Source of the DNA: Bispira polyomma
Lineage: Eukaryota
Assembly: GCA_965649765.1 (NCBI GenBank)
Contig: OZ287750.1
Span: forward strand, 98,332,001-98,396,000
Length of the DNA stretch: 64,000 nt
Direction: 5' to 3'
Position numbers and translations under genes: made by a program. Of the stretch, positions 12,779-26,049 are shown in pieces; within the stretch, counting starts at the first letter, position 1; each line of letters opens with the position of its first letter. The notes beneath the pieces were generated by a model. That model searched no databases and was not told where the DNA came from. It was given only the letters and a program-made list of their open reading frames with translations.

Positions 12779-13471
12779 ATGTTTGCTGGTACCCACGCCT
12801 ATTTCACGATGGAGGAGTCCCGGACATGTAGTGTGAATTACTTCTGCTTCGGGGCTCTGCTGATTTTCATCGGTTCCATCCTGCTCTGTTCGTTTGGATT
12901 CACTATCGTGCTTCCTTTTGAGAGGACCAAATACTGGCCGGAAGTGACGTGCCGTGTGGTGAAGGCAGAGGTGAACCAATCCCTGTGTGCATGTGAAGAG
13001 CAGGGTCTGGCTTACCCCGGATGTTCTAAGTTCTCACCGTGTCTGCAGGTCATCATTGCCTACAATGCCACCTACGGCAAGGAGTATGAACAACTAGTAG
13101 CTACTGTATCTACCACAAGCTTCAGTCAAGGGAGTACTATTACTTCTGTAGAAGACACCGGTGATAAGGTGTCTGCTGGTAATCATAGAAATGTGGCTAA
13201 TATGGTAGTCAAACGTAAGAGTGACCAAGAGAGGTTAGACCATTCCATCAGCATCAGGACCAACCTCACTGGTGGCATAGAAAGAACTCAACTTGTACAC
13301 GGAGAAGGACATAGTGTGGTGGATGGTGATGGTGGTGGTGGTGGGATATGGGGCAGTGACTGGACAACCACTAGCTCTGGTACTGGACGCAGGAAGCAGG
13401 AGGTAAAGATTGTCGACAACTACAGACAAGCCATGCTCTTCAGATCCTGGGGTGATGTCTTCTATACACAT
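12779..13471 (+). CDS. BK (Slo1) channel beta-subunit (KCNMB/tipE)-like two-TM protein, coding exon 1
   Basis: GCCATG start (alternative ATG at 12809) after a likely acceptor TGTAG at 12748-49. TM1 YFCFGALLIFIGSILLCSFGFTIVLPF, WPEVTCRV, PCLQVII.Y. Ends at a phase-0 donor CAT|GTGAGT. GC-richer than the flanks. Confidence 0.85.
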
Positions 13472-14489
13472 GTGAGTTACAGTTAGTCTTCCTCTTTCTT
13501 CTACAGTGTATCAGAATGCAGTAGCACTTGGTAATTAAACTCTTGCTTAAACTCAAATACAAATACTTTTATCGATTTACTTATTAATAGAGTTATACCT
13601 AGACATGTTACTATTGATATAATAGTTTTCAGAGTGATAATCTAATGTGTGTAGTCAGATATGTAGTTGTAGATATGTTTATTGTATACAAAGATACATC
13701 AGGAGATATTTTGAGATTATTGTGACGACTTTAAGTTTAAGATCTTTGATAAATATAAGCATCAAGATCATGACCTATATGTGGTGAAAAGTGGGTCAGG
13801 TTAGAACTACCAATTCATTTGGGTCATAATCACTTTTGTTTATTCCTGTGTTCCTTTCAATTTCGATTTCCAATTAGGCTGCTAGATATTTTGTACGACA
13901 AAGGCATATTTTCATGTTTAGTCAACTGTTAGACTAAAGTTTAGATAGACTGATCACATGTGCATTAAATATTATTTATGATTAGGTTATGTAAACAAAT
14001 GAGTGGTGTAAAGTTTTCACGGAGATATCCAGTCACATGGTTGACTTTCACTAGGGAAACTTTGCTATGAACGGTTTTCTTATGACTCACCCTATATATA
14101 TCGTTGGTTTGCCATGGGTTATTTCTGATTTAAGTATCTATGATAGGAATATGAAGCCATAACGTTGGCCATAACGTCACTGTTGGCAAATTATAAAAAG
14201 GGCTATTTCATTTTTACAGTTACCCCACCAAAACCTTAAATTATGGGAATGTCTTTATTGTTTTGTGGCTTACTAAAATATATATTCTTTTAACACAGTA
14301 AGTCATAGTTTTACCCATATGACCTCTAGCATGTATAAAATGAAACATTGCTGCTCTGTCTCTGCTTAATGTACAGAATATATGGAGATATATAACTGCT
14401 TTAAACATCTGGATATGCAGCAAAAAAAATGTAATGCTGATTTTTTTTATCTGGCCGAGAAAGCCAGTGACAACACCATGTAATAAGGA

Positions 14490-14710
14490 TGGGGTTTTCA
14501 AGACTCTCCCCACACTTCTGCAGTCACGGTTTTGAATCCTTTGCCTTGGCATGCATGCATGTGGGAAAAGTTGACAGTAGAGACCCTTGCTGAAGATTGG
14601 TGGTTTACAGTGTAAAGATCCAACTCACCTGTATCAGTAGACTGCTCTCTATCGTGAAATGTACCACAAACTACAGCAACGTATGCTAGGCAGAAATGTT
14701 AAACCCAGTG
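14490..14710 (+). mobile_element. Degenerate MESC/Meta-core tRNA SINE
   Basis: GGTTTTGAATCC B-box, ATGTGGGAAAAGTTGACAGT..CTTGC..GGTGGTTT core, GTTAAACCC tail. Confidence 0.5.
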
Positions 14711-15931
14711 ATGGTGATGTAAACAGGCACTTCCTCTGTTAGTATGGAAGATAATGTTAAAGGCACTGTTTGCGTGATGTACATCTGAAACACACTCTTC
14801 CATTAAGTCTAAATTAGGCTGCATCGTGAAGAGGCAGCAACATACTTTGCAAAAGGCGGTTGGTAGTAAATAGACATAAACAGTTTTACTAGTATCTGGT
14901 TTAAATTAACAGCAGTTAAAAAGCCTCAGGTTAATACACTCGTATATACTATGTTATATTTACTCACCTTGATTTTTTTATTCTAAAGCAATCTTTCTGC
15001 GGATGAAAAATGTAGCCTTAACAGGCTCTAGATTTTACCACTGATCTTTTCTCATTTTATTCTTTGTTATCTTAGAATGTCATTTACTGTCTGTCCTCCA
15101 ACTTTTTTCTGAATTAATATATATTGTTATCAAATATATAAAGAAAAATATTTTCTTCTGAAGACCTTTTTTAGCTGTAAGCCTAAATATTAATTCCATT
15201 CCCACCAACAATAATAGTACATGTATATATTTTAATGACAAATAATCTGTCCACGAAACGGAGCCTTGGAAAGTACAATCAGATTCTCTGTTAAAAAAAT
15301 AATGGTGAAAAATAGGTGAGGTAGATGTTTTTTTCTTATTATTTATCAACCATCAGTTACAGAGAAGATAGGTTAAGATTACATGTGCAAACAGTCAGCA
15401 TATACTCAGTCTAATCAAGCACCAGGGGATTCGGTTTGATAACGAAGGCAATACATATGACGTCAGAGGATCCATTGTGTAAGGAATACTGCAAAGTCTA
15501 TGGAAAAATCTTCAGTAATGAATCCTGGAAACCAGTTAATTAAAACATTTTCCCCCCATACAAAGATATCAAGTTCTGCAGTAATAGAATAAAACAAGAA
15601 TTCAATAAGGTATTTTTGTTGTAATAATTTCCTTTTTGATTAGATATTCAATAATGTCAAAGTTTAATAACAATTCCTGTAATAGCAAAATCAGACTGGG
15701 GCTTCGTTTCAATTTAAAATAACTCGGGTTGCAATTAAAAGTAATAATCCCACATTCCACATCATTTTGTTTTGATCCGTATTTAGTTCCATATACTTTA
15801 CTCAGTGGATCTTTTATCCAGATTATAGGTGACAAACCTTATTGATAAAGATCGCTTATCAACCATTCCTCAAATTAGCCATTAAAAACATAACTTAAAC
15901 CTATCTCTTTAAGCTCACTTACCCCCCTTAG

Positions 15932-16385
15932 AGACCAGTCCCACTGGATTGACTTAGTCTATGTTAACCACGCAGGGCTCTCGCAAATATGTAATGCAAA
16001 AGTCCACGCAGAAGTTAGTTTATATATTTAAGGCATTACCTTACGCAGAGATCCACATATTTGTACGTCACTAAATTAAAGACTCGCAAACATTTGTACG
16101 CGCAGACACGCAGATATACATAAAACGACGAACATTGACCCATTAATATAGGTAATACTACGTCAATTTCTATGTATTCTTACGCTGTATTACATGTATT
16201 ATGTTACCACACATTTATCTACATAAAACCACGTTTAAGGAATAGATGTACGCAAGTCCACGTTTTTGGTTACATTGCTTGACGCATCAATCTTACATGG
16301 TGTGCTTGTCCAAACGGTTTGAAATTACAAATTTCTTGCGTATCATCTCTTACCGAGTATTCTACTGCCAATGAAACTCATGCAT
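15932..16385. mobile_element. Possible Harbinger-type MITE remnant
   Basis: Left end GACCAGTCCCACTGG and a degenerate right end GCCAATGAAACTCA. CpG-rich interior with repeated ACGCA(G/A) motifs. Confidence 0.3.
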
Positions 16386-18249
16386 AGCCGATTGGCGACA
16401 GAGCGGCTTCCATATGCAAAATGTTGTAAATCCCAATCGGCATATATATATAGAATCTGGTAAAAATAAATACATATCCTCATTCCTTATATATGATATA
16501 GTAGCCGATTTTCTGATATATCATGCCGACATAGTACATATCAATTAATATAAATAAAAACTAAAACCAAATATAAATTTACAACTTTTTTCTTTTGATC
16601 GCTGTTCTGTCCCTTTTTGTGATTCCATCGTCAAAACAACAGCAAGGAATCTTGGTAAATAGGGACAGATTACTGGGTCTATAGAGTACCAGACAGAGGT
16701 GCACATAAATGAGTATAATTGGACTATAAATACACACAAATAAGAATTTGTCTATATTTCTATTCACTATATGCTTTCAACGCTATTTGGTTTTTTTCTT
16801 ACTGTTGCTGTTGTTTTCTTCCAAAAAGTCAGTTTTTACTACCTCTGTGCAGCCTTCTGCCTGTCATCCAAATACCCTGCTCAGAATTCAGACCACGAAT
16901 TCTGTTACAAAACCTGATCAGAAGACATGAAGCCCAGCCTGAGCTGCCACTTTATCTTGTCACTAGATGCGGGGGGGGGGGGAGGGGGGGGGAGTGTTAC
17001 TATTTATAGGGTGTTTTTATTATCCTGGGTTTGAAAAATAGCCCAAAAACGTCACAGTCGCACACTTTGTATATCTAGGTAGTTATTTAAAACTTGCTAA
17101 TTATGGAAATAAGAATTGGGTCAGAAAATGCCACATGGAAAAGGTTATTCCAACTAAAATTCCATGTAATACAATGATTTCGACCCTCCACTGGCGTTTC
17201 AGGAATAGTTCTTAGTTTTCTTAATTTGACTTTTGTTTTACCTGCTGGAAGTAAAAATATTTTAAAAACGTTTATTGGGCTGTAAACATGCAACGAAATT
17301 TGTATTTGTCTAAATCTAAAATAAGCAGAAATTATAATAAGAAAAGCCAAACTAAGCCTTTTTTTCTCACGATTTCAGACCCTTTGTGAAATGGAAGCAT
17401 CAACTTTATTTAATCTTTAAACTTCATTTTAGCAGACTAGCATGCTATCATACTTACTATAATTCTGCGGCAGACTAATTATGCAATTTTTTTTAATTAT
17501 TGAACCATAAAAATATGTCGAAAAATGTGTTTCTCTAAATTTAAAATATAAAAATAGCTAAAATAAACATTAATTTTAAAAGGTTTCAAATAATGTGTAA
17601 AACGAACAAATGTTATTGGAATTTGTACTGTCCATCCTTGTTCGGATTGCATGATTCAAGTTTATATATTGATTTATTGTTCAGATCATGTTTGAATACT
17701 TGTTGTAACTTCTTTTTGAGATGAACAGGTTTAAAGTGTGAAATATACTGAGTTTACAGTTGTTAGAACCCGCGTATACTGTGGGATTATGATTATTTAA
17801 GGACTACTTTAATGTTCCAAGGTTTGTCGTTTATTATATTAGTTATATTTTACATGTACAGAACCCGCGTATATTGTGGGAATATTTGCTGACTACCTTA
17901 ATGTTACAAGGTTTGTTGCTTACTAGTTTATATTTTATGGTTTTTATGCCTTACAATTAAGCCATATGGCCTTTTAAAGTTTTAAAAATCACATATTTTA
18001 AAACTTTTGTAGAGTTGTACAAAAATTATCTGTAAATAAAAATTCTCCAAACTAGCATCAGATCTTCCAACATCCAACATATCACTACCACTTCATCTTT
18101 ACTTCCAAATAAAGGTCAAAATCTCTAGACACAAGTATACTATTTTGACCATTATTTACTACCAGCTATCTTGTGAGACTGAATGTGTAAAACAAACAAA
18201 TGTTATTGGAATTTGTACTCGCAAGGAATATGATAAATTTACCTTTTAA

Positions 18250-19100
18250 AAATATTTTTAAAGAAGAATTTAGACTGCAATAACATACTTAAGTTTTTTA
18301 TATATATTCATGTCATTAACTCAAATCATAGACTACTAATTCATTGAAACGTTGACAAATTAGTCCATTTAAAAGGCATTCCAAATAGGTTCATCTTTGA
18401 GCTTTAAGTTCTTTCTGACACAAGAAAATTAAGCCGACTTTACATAAACAATTTCCGCAACCTTATTTTCATCTAGAAGTGAGAAGTTTTCCTAATGAAG
18501 AAAGGAAATGGGGTTCCTTATATATTAGAGTAACTAGAACCGAAGGCTGTTGCTGCCATTAGAAAGAGCATCAGGATGTAATTTGGTTTCTTGTGAAAAA
18601 ATTAGCCTCTTGATGCCCTATTTATTTCAGTTATGTTTTCAGACAAATGGGAATTAGCTTCTTCTAAGTTTGAAAAAAATCTTTGGTGTTTCAACCATTT
18701 TTGCAACATTAGCCAGCCTTTTTTCTTGTAGTTTTTGTCACAGAGGAAATATTGTTACATTTTTTTTCATCATCATTCAGCACAGAAAGTAAAAGCTTGT
18801 CTTTTAATGAAGTCCTTTTTTGGGATAGATTTGTTTTGGTTCTTAGAGACTGTGTAGTGTGAGTACACTAGTTAAAATAAAATAAGACTCAGTCATATAA
18901 ATGTAGGTATAGCAAAAGTGTGAAGAATTTGAATTATTTTGATATGTATTTTTATTAACATATCCATTTTCCTTATCACAACCTCTTGTTGCTTCAAAAA
19001 AAAAAAATTCCTTTCAACATTACACAGAAAATTGTGTGATGGGTAAAAAAAACTAAAGTCACAAGGACACAGATTTACAGATGTCAAGAAAACATAAGTT
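18250..19100 (-). pseudogene. Decayed LRR (TLR ectodomain-like) segment in the KCNMB-like intron
   Basis: Minus-strand translation gives SKNQNKSIPKKDF, WLMLQKWLK..FQT*KKLIPICL and YIRNPISFLH*ENFSLL. Paralogous to ~33530-34140. Confidence 0.45.
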
Positions 19101-20796
19101 ATCTTCAACTTACCAATTTGTTGAAAAATGACCTTTTAATAGTGGGTTCTTCTCTCATTCAGGTTTATACACTCCATACAAGCTCTTTGAATAGTCACAA
19201 CAGTATTCCGGATGACTTGCTTTTCCAGGTTTTCCCACTCTTTCCGAGTGCCTGGATCTGCATGACCAAATTGGAACAGGTGGATTATGATCCATAACAC
19301 TCTTGTGACTATGCAAAGACATTGTACCGAGCGTATTAACCTGAATGGGCTACAACCCACTATAAACAGTTATTTTTTCAATAAATTGACAAGTGAAAGA
19401 CAACTTTTATGTTCTTGACATCTGTTTTTCTGTGCTTGTGACTTTTGATTTCTCGCCCATCACATTCTTTCCTTGGTAATTCCTTAAAGAATTTTTTTGC
19501 TGGGAGCAATAAAAGCTTAAAATAAGGAAAAAAGATGTGTTAATACAAATACAAATCAAAAAAATTAAAATTGTTCACACTTTTGAAATTACCAACATTT
19601 ATATGTCTGAGTCCTATTTTATTTTGACCAGTGTACAAGACAATAATGGTCATTACAAATAATCTGGTCACAACACTATGACCCAATGTGTTGAAAGTGA
19701 CATCAAAGCAAAACAATATCATAAGGACTAGAGTAATGTTTAATATATTATTTTACAGTTCAATTTTAAGCTGTGAAGTTAATTGGAGTTATCATAGTTT
19801 CCAAAGTGATTACTTAAAGTGGTACTGGATGTTAAGCTTCATAAGACAGTAAAACTCTTGTTTGAGGGTTTTATTTTTTTACACATTAATATGTATGTTT
19901 ATACAAGTACAGATAATAATAATTAAATGGTAAAATTTTTTTGAAATTTTGACACCCATATAATGTAGTGCCAAACAACATACTATTAACTTTTGACACC
20001 CATATACTATTAAATTTTGACACCCATATAATGTAGTGCCAAACAACATACAATTAACGTATCAAATAATATATCACTCCCAGAAACCAATATTAAGGTC
20101 ATAATACATAACAACGTTAGTGCTATATCCAAGATATAAAAATGACAAATATCACTTTTGTTAATTACTGTTATTAAATAATTATTACACATGTTAACTA
20201 AAACTTCAAAATTCTCAGGGGCTAGCCTAATTGATTAACTGATTTGAAATAATGTAGAGCATAGGGTGTGTTAAATATTCTCAAGGCTGCTCCTAGTCGA
20301 ATCTTTCCTCTGCTATATACTAGCATGCTAGTTTCTAAAACAGTACATGTCCATAAGTCTGGCATAAACCTGCTATTACAATAGACAAAATCACCCCTGT
20401 ACTGGTTCATAAACACACCATAAATGGATATTAATATTACATTTGCTTGTGACGACCTCTTCTTTTAGCCAACATACCACACAATTGTGGTTTTGTCTAG
20501 TTACACAATATTTTTTGTGTATTCTATCCTTTATATTCCTTTACATCAATTTATTAACATACTTGAAGCTAGCTTCTAAAAATGGCGACAGCTCAAGGGT
20601 GCCCAGCTTCCCTACATACTGTAGGAGAGGAGTTAACTTATAGGATGTGGGGAAATATATCTAATCTTGAATAATTTACCTTATTGAAATGTTCTTAATC
20701 TTAACTTATATGTTTCCTTATCTTTCTGAGTAAGATCCCTATAGGAAACTTGAATTTATTCAAAGCAATGTACAACCCTGTTCCTACACACTATCA

Positions 20797-21041
20797 GCGG
20801 TGGCCTAGTGGTTAGCAAGCATTGCGCTTCACAATCACTGGTCTCTCACCTCTGGGCGGAGTGAGTTCGTATCTCGTCGATGCCTATGTGGGAAAGGTGG
20901 TAGTTCCTTACTGTGGGCCGCTGGTTTCTCTGCAGAACCTTGACCGACTGTATGCAGTGTTTCCTCCAGCGTTTCCAACTACCCGTCCCAATATAACCTA
21001 CTAAAAGGTACTAGAGTGGACGATAAATATCCAAATTCAAA
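20797..21041 (+). mobile_element. tRNA-derived SINE with 15-bp TSD
   Basis: A box TGGCCTAGTGG, B box GTTCGTATC, (CAAATT)-type tail. TSD TCCTACACACTATCA at 20782-20796 and 21042-21056. A second copy lies at 57168-57415. Confidence 0.9.
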
Positions 21042-21103
21042 TCCTACACACTATCAATCTACCATAACAGTCATAAGTGTTTGCTAATACTGTGTATAGG
21101 GTA

Positions 21104-21280
21104 ACTAGATAACCCGGGAGGAATTGAACCCGACCTGCGGCACCAACTCGTCTAGCCCCGGTCAGTCTCTGCTCGCAGAGCTCAGAATTCTCTTGGCAGC
21201 CATGCCAAGAGCAATTATTTAGAAGCAGGAACCGTACGTGACACAGTAAAGATTCAACTCGATCCTGAGGGAACTCTAAT
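21104..21280. repeat. Short dispersed element with back-to-back tRNA-like halves
   Basis: Homologous, in opposite orientation, to 38314-38510 (GAACCCGACCTGCGGCACCAACTCGTCTAG vs CTAGGCGATTAGGTGCCGCAGGACCGGGGTTC). Begins ACTAGA. Confidence 0.45.
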
Positions 21281-21799
21281 AGAACCATGGCCATTGCTGT
21301 GGTAAAGGGGAGGTAGCGGATTTTGTAAAATATATGTGTTGCTCGTTCAAATCTCAAGTTAATAATGCTACAAAATGGAGCGGAAGCGGGCATGGGTGAC
21401 TGAACTTGAATCTGATTGGAAGTTGTCAAATAAAAAAGAAAATAAAGGTTGGGTATAACCTACAGTTCTTAAGGTTGGATAAATCTTGTGTTAGACTGAA
21501 TTAACAGACCCCTAGAGCAGTCATGTTGTGCATAATCAAGATTAACCTCTATTATAATAATGATAATAATATAATAATAAGCTTTATAAGTTATTTTTAA
21601 AAGATGTCATATTTAAGATATAAATGTCTAAATCTGATGATAATAATATAATAATAAGCTTATAAGTTATTTTTAAAAGATGCCATATTTAATATATGTA
21701 TGTCTCAAATGTAATAATGCAATGATATTATTGGGCCAAGTATGTAATTTCTAATAAAAAACATGGAGTGCCTTAAGATCTAATATAGTAAGCCGTAAG

Positions 21800-24700
21800 A
21801 TACATAGTTTATCAATTTAGCTATCGCCCTTCATTCCAGAGACAAGCTTGATTTATTCGATTTGTTCGATAGTGCTTTCAATCAATGCCACTATTCAGGA
21901 GAGAGTGTGGGCCATACAAAAAATCAACAGTGAGATCTTTACTGTTGAATATACTGAAGCTCTAATGCTTTTGATCTCAGTGCAGTAAAATCTCGCAGCC
22001 GATAAACGAACACATCTAATTCTAGAGAGATAATTTATTCCATCCTCTATTTCTTCGAGTTTTAAAGTAAATGCCAAAATAATGTCTGTTTGTATTCTGC
22101 TTTGAAAAAGATAATCTGCCATTCTCCTTGGCTTTAGCCTCCTTGTAATGTGAGTAAAATGACTGCTACCGTATACAAAGTCACGTGTTTGACTAAAAGA
22201 GAGAATACTTATCATTTAGTAGAGAGAACTTGTCGCCATGGCACTCTAACGTTTAATGATTGCCTGTACTAATTAAGTTCCTCACTCTCTGAGTCTGTCA
22301 ACAACTTTACCCACGATCAATACATATTTGGCAGGTTCACTAAACACTAGTATTCCAAGTGTGTGTGAGAGGAATTTGAGAAATAACAAAGTCACTCCAA
22401 GAAGTACAAACAGCCCCAAAGCAGAGTTAATTCTGTCATTTTGATAAGGGTATAATTCTGGGAACAGTCTGTGAATTGACTTAATATTGCTATTATGTAT
22501 ATTTACATACAATAGTGAAGCCAGTAGAAAATATTAACTGGCAAATAATAAACTATATGGCACTGCTACTTTTCTGCGACTCCTACTAAAACCAAAAAGA
22601 ATGAATGGTACGCTCATGATAAATAGGAGTAGAAAATCACCCACATCAATTGTGTCTCCTTATGGTTGACAGCATAAAGTAGAAACTCAAAGGAAAATGA
22701 TAGGGAATAAGTCACTCCAAAGAGTTAGATACTGCAATCAGTATGACAGAGGCCCCTTTTCTGTACACACAGACTCAAACCATCATTTGTGGCCTTATCA
22801 GTTCTAATGCCCACAGTAATATATAGTATGTCAAACATGTGTCCATTTATACAAGGAAGGATTTATCAACATGTTGGTGACAGTTTACAGCATTGAGCAG
22901 ATGAAATCATATACCCTGAGAAGGCTGAGACACGTGTTTAAACCAGGTTCAACACCCTACATGATTCTGAAGTGGAGGTTAATCCCGGAACAACTCAAGA
23001 AAATTTCTGTTATTCTGTATAATTTATAACATCAGTTTCAACATCTTGGGTTGGTTGGGTAATAAACAGTTAAATAATTGTCCATGAGAGTGACATCCTA
23101 CATCCTCCTGCTCCCAATTTGTCTTTTAGTTTTTGCTTTGATGAAATTGTTTTATCCCTGTTCTGAGTTGAAAGGTCTTTGAACCTATAAAATAACACCT
23201 AGTCATTTAATTCCCATAGAAAATGTCAATACATTGTGTATCACCACATTTCTTTGCTGTAGTAAATGTTACATTTTACTACCTAAGAGTACTATAGTTA
23301 AGATATTCTTACTTTGTATTTTATCTGACCAGTTGTTCAGACCAGTTGATCCTGTTTAGACCCGATTATGCACTACGTATATAAGTATGGCAGTATCGAA
23401 TTAGAGTGTAAACTATTGTTGAGCATTAAAGAGTTGCATAGACATATATTGACAAAGTAGAAATTGTCGCAGAAATTAGTTTTATGTCCTGGGGGCTGTT
23501 ACCACAAGTGGGAAAGGCAGGAATTTATACAATAGTGTAATGGCTAACCTGTACGAAACACAATTCAATAGTACATCTGCCAACAGCAGTCAATCTGTTA
23601 TTTCCTCAACCAACAAAATGTGTTCAAAGATTTCTTAAGTAGTATTTGTTAACCATGTCCATCAAAGGCGATAACATTTACATAACTTTGATTGCAATTT
23701 TTAAGTAACGTTTGCCTCATCACACCTACTCGTGCTGGAGTTACGTGCATGTAACTTTTTTAACTGTTTTGAAACGTAGTAGAAGGTAATACTAAAATAA
23801 GGATCCCTAGTGCATTTGTTCCGTGACGTTGCTTAATGGATTATATCTTTCGGAAACATCTCCGTTTGGTCCACTGCCACAATTACTTCAAACTGTTTGA
23901 AATAATCAGGGCAGAGCTCTCCGTTTCTTGAGGACGTCTCCACTCGTCTGTATAAGTAGAATAACGTAGCATAACATAGCATAACATACCAGTAAGTATC
24001 AGTAAGTAGTGATTTCGTCTCCACTCGTCTGTATTCGTCATGGAACGTTTCACTAAGTAGCACAACGCAGCAGAACGCAGCAGTAAGTAGCAGTAAGTAG
24101 CTCTACATAGTCGTAGGTAGTGATATCCTACCAGTAAAGTGTTTGATTTTTGCCCACGCTTCGTGTGTACAAGTACCAACATCGTCATGAAACGTCATAA
24201 AACGTCTAATCGTCTACACCTTTATGAAAATGACGTCACTTTGACACAAAATATCACGTTTTCAGTTTATATAGTTTGCTATGTTGCGGGAGGATAGCAT
24301 GTCTAGGTGTGACCAGGCCATAAGCAAACAACCATAAACAATGAAAATCTTTACCAGAGTAATTCGGATTGTGAACCATAACACACACGTTTGACTTAGC
24401 GTGAGACAGGCTTGTGTTTGGTCAAAGCCCTTTGCAGTCAGTTCAGAAAAATGTTCATGTTTTTCGACTTCAGAAACAACTGCAAGTTATTCCAAAATTT
24501 ATGGTTCTCGAACTCAAGGTGACTTTAAATTAAAATAGTTTTATAGCTGTTAGATATAACTTTGTAAAATACTATCAGAAATAAAATGGAAGAACAGTTA
24601 GCATGTAGAATAAACACAAACATTAAGAAAAAAAGAAAATGTACTTCAATCTGCAGAGCTATCAACTCATATACAATTTCATCTTTATTTAAAAAAAAAA

Positions 24701-25740
24701 TCAGGCATTTACTTTCTCTATTCAGTTTCTCTGTAGAAGTTTTATGCAGAAGAGTATTTTGTCTAGGTAGCACAAACTGGGCAATATTGTTAGATAAAGT
24801 TTTCATTATGTGCTGAAACCTCAGAACAACAGATAAAAATACTTATAAACACCAGAAATACTTGTGTATTTGTTTAACAAGATTGCTGATACACAAACTG
24901 CATACCTTGTCAGTTCACAAAGAGGGATCACACCACCACATAGAATAATAAAGTCAGTTGAAATGGTCATTATACTACATTAAAAAAATAACATATGTAT
25001 CCACATTAAAAAGAAATTTAGACCTGTTAAATGACTTCAGTACTTAGGTTACCAAACAGATCACTTCTAAGTAGTGTAATCATAGACTGAAATATACCAT
25101 GTAAGGAGTCTTATACATTACTTTATGGTCCCTCTTGTTTGAGACTTACGAAACTGTATCAAATGAGGTAGTAATGAAGTAGACAGACAGCTCCACCCAT
25201 AGAATAGGCCATTAACTCCTCTCTAACAAAATACACAATAAAAAATTAAGCACATGTTTGTATAAGTAAAAACATTGCCTCTTTGCGGGTAACCAGTTCT
25301 GTCATTCTGATGATTAGAGTAGATTTTGTTCTCTAGGTGAACAGTCCATCAATTCAAGCTGTGAAAAGTCATAATCTAGTTCAGAAAAAAAACTTTATTT
25401 CAACTGGAAACATTTTACTGTGTTGTATAATATATTGGATAGATAATCTCTATGTGATTTTAGTAACCACAATTTAAGGATGAATTAATTCATCATTAGT
25501 TGCTTTCAGAGATTTCAACAGCTTTCAAAACTACATATTATGTTCATGTCATTTAGTACGTTTTTCAGGCTATCCCTTGGTTTATCAATTTTGATTGCAC
25601 TTTAGAATATGCCAATAATGTGTGTTAAAAATCTACAATACTATACAATACATATACCATTATGTTGTGTTCAGTATATCATGGCAACTCAAGAAAAGAT
25701 TATCCACTTAGAAACAGCTTTCAGGTCCCAAATTAAATAT
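21800..25740 (-). pseudogene. Decayed TLR-like gene (LRR remnants, TM, TIR), antisense within the KCNMB-like intron
   Basis: ORF 22282-22512 gives a TM-like stretch SALGLFVLLGVTLLFL then AKY..V..D..RE. Next come LECHGDKFSL and ORF 21895-22215 RDFVYG..MADYLFQSR..DIIL..LEEI (TIR-like boxes). Paralog at ~35200-37870. Confidence 0.5.
23713..24319. mobile_element. Harbinger-type MITE
   Basis: TIRs GCCTCATCACACCTA / TAGGTGTGACCAGGC (13/15). CpG-rich internal short repeats (CGTC, AGTAAGTAG). Confidence 0.6.
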
Positions 25741-25764
25741 TTTTGTTTACTTTGTCTATTTCAG

Positions 25765-26046
25765 TGCACCCTTCAGGAATGTGGAGATGAGTCCTGGAAT
25801 GACAAAGAAACCAGACGTTTTAAGGCCAAGTGGGGCGATACTGGACAGATATTTCCCTGTTATGTCGATCCAATACATCCAGACACTGTGATCCTGACAA
25901 GGACATCCTTCTGGTCTATGTTACATGCTATACTGTGGCCCTCTACCTGTCTGTTTGTGGGCATCATCCTGTGGGTGGGACTGTGTTGTGGATGCTGGAG
26001 TCTAGATAGTGAGAGTACAACATCTGCATATTATGGGGTGTTATAG
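25765..26046 (+). CDS. KCNMB/tipE-like protein, coding exon 2 (joined product ~324 aa)
   Basis: Acceptor TTTCAG|TGC, phase 0, matching the exon-1 donor. CTLQEC..F..KWG..QIFPCYVDP.HPD.VIL.R..LHAILWP followed by TM2 and a TAG stop. Matches the CaKB-family C-terminal half. Confidence 0.85.
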   Translation, partial: CTLQECGDESWNDKETRRFKAKWGDTGQIFPCYVDPIHPDTVILTRTSFWSMLHAILWPSTCLFVGIILWVGLCCGCWSLDSESTTSAYYGVL

Positions 26047-26049
26047 TGT

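Noticed and set aside
20797-20880. Functional tRNA gene
   Set aside because: It is the head of a SINE with body, tail, TSD and a second copy.
22225-22270. Plus-strand GPCR TM3-like LVAMAL*RLMIAC
   Set aside because: Isolated match; the minus strand of the same block fits a TM-TIR layout better.
25609-25764. First 52 codons of ORF 25609-26046
   Set aside because: Intronic; family similarity starts only after TTTCAG at 25764.
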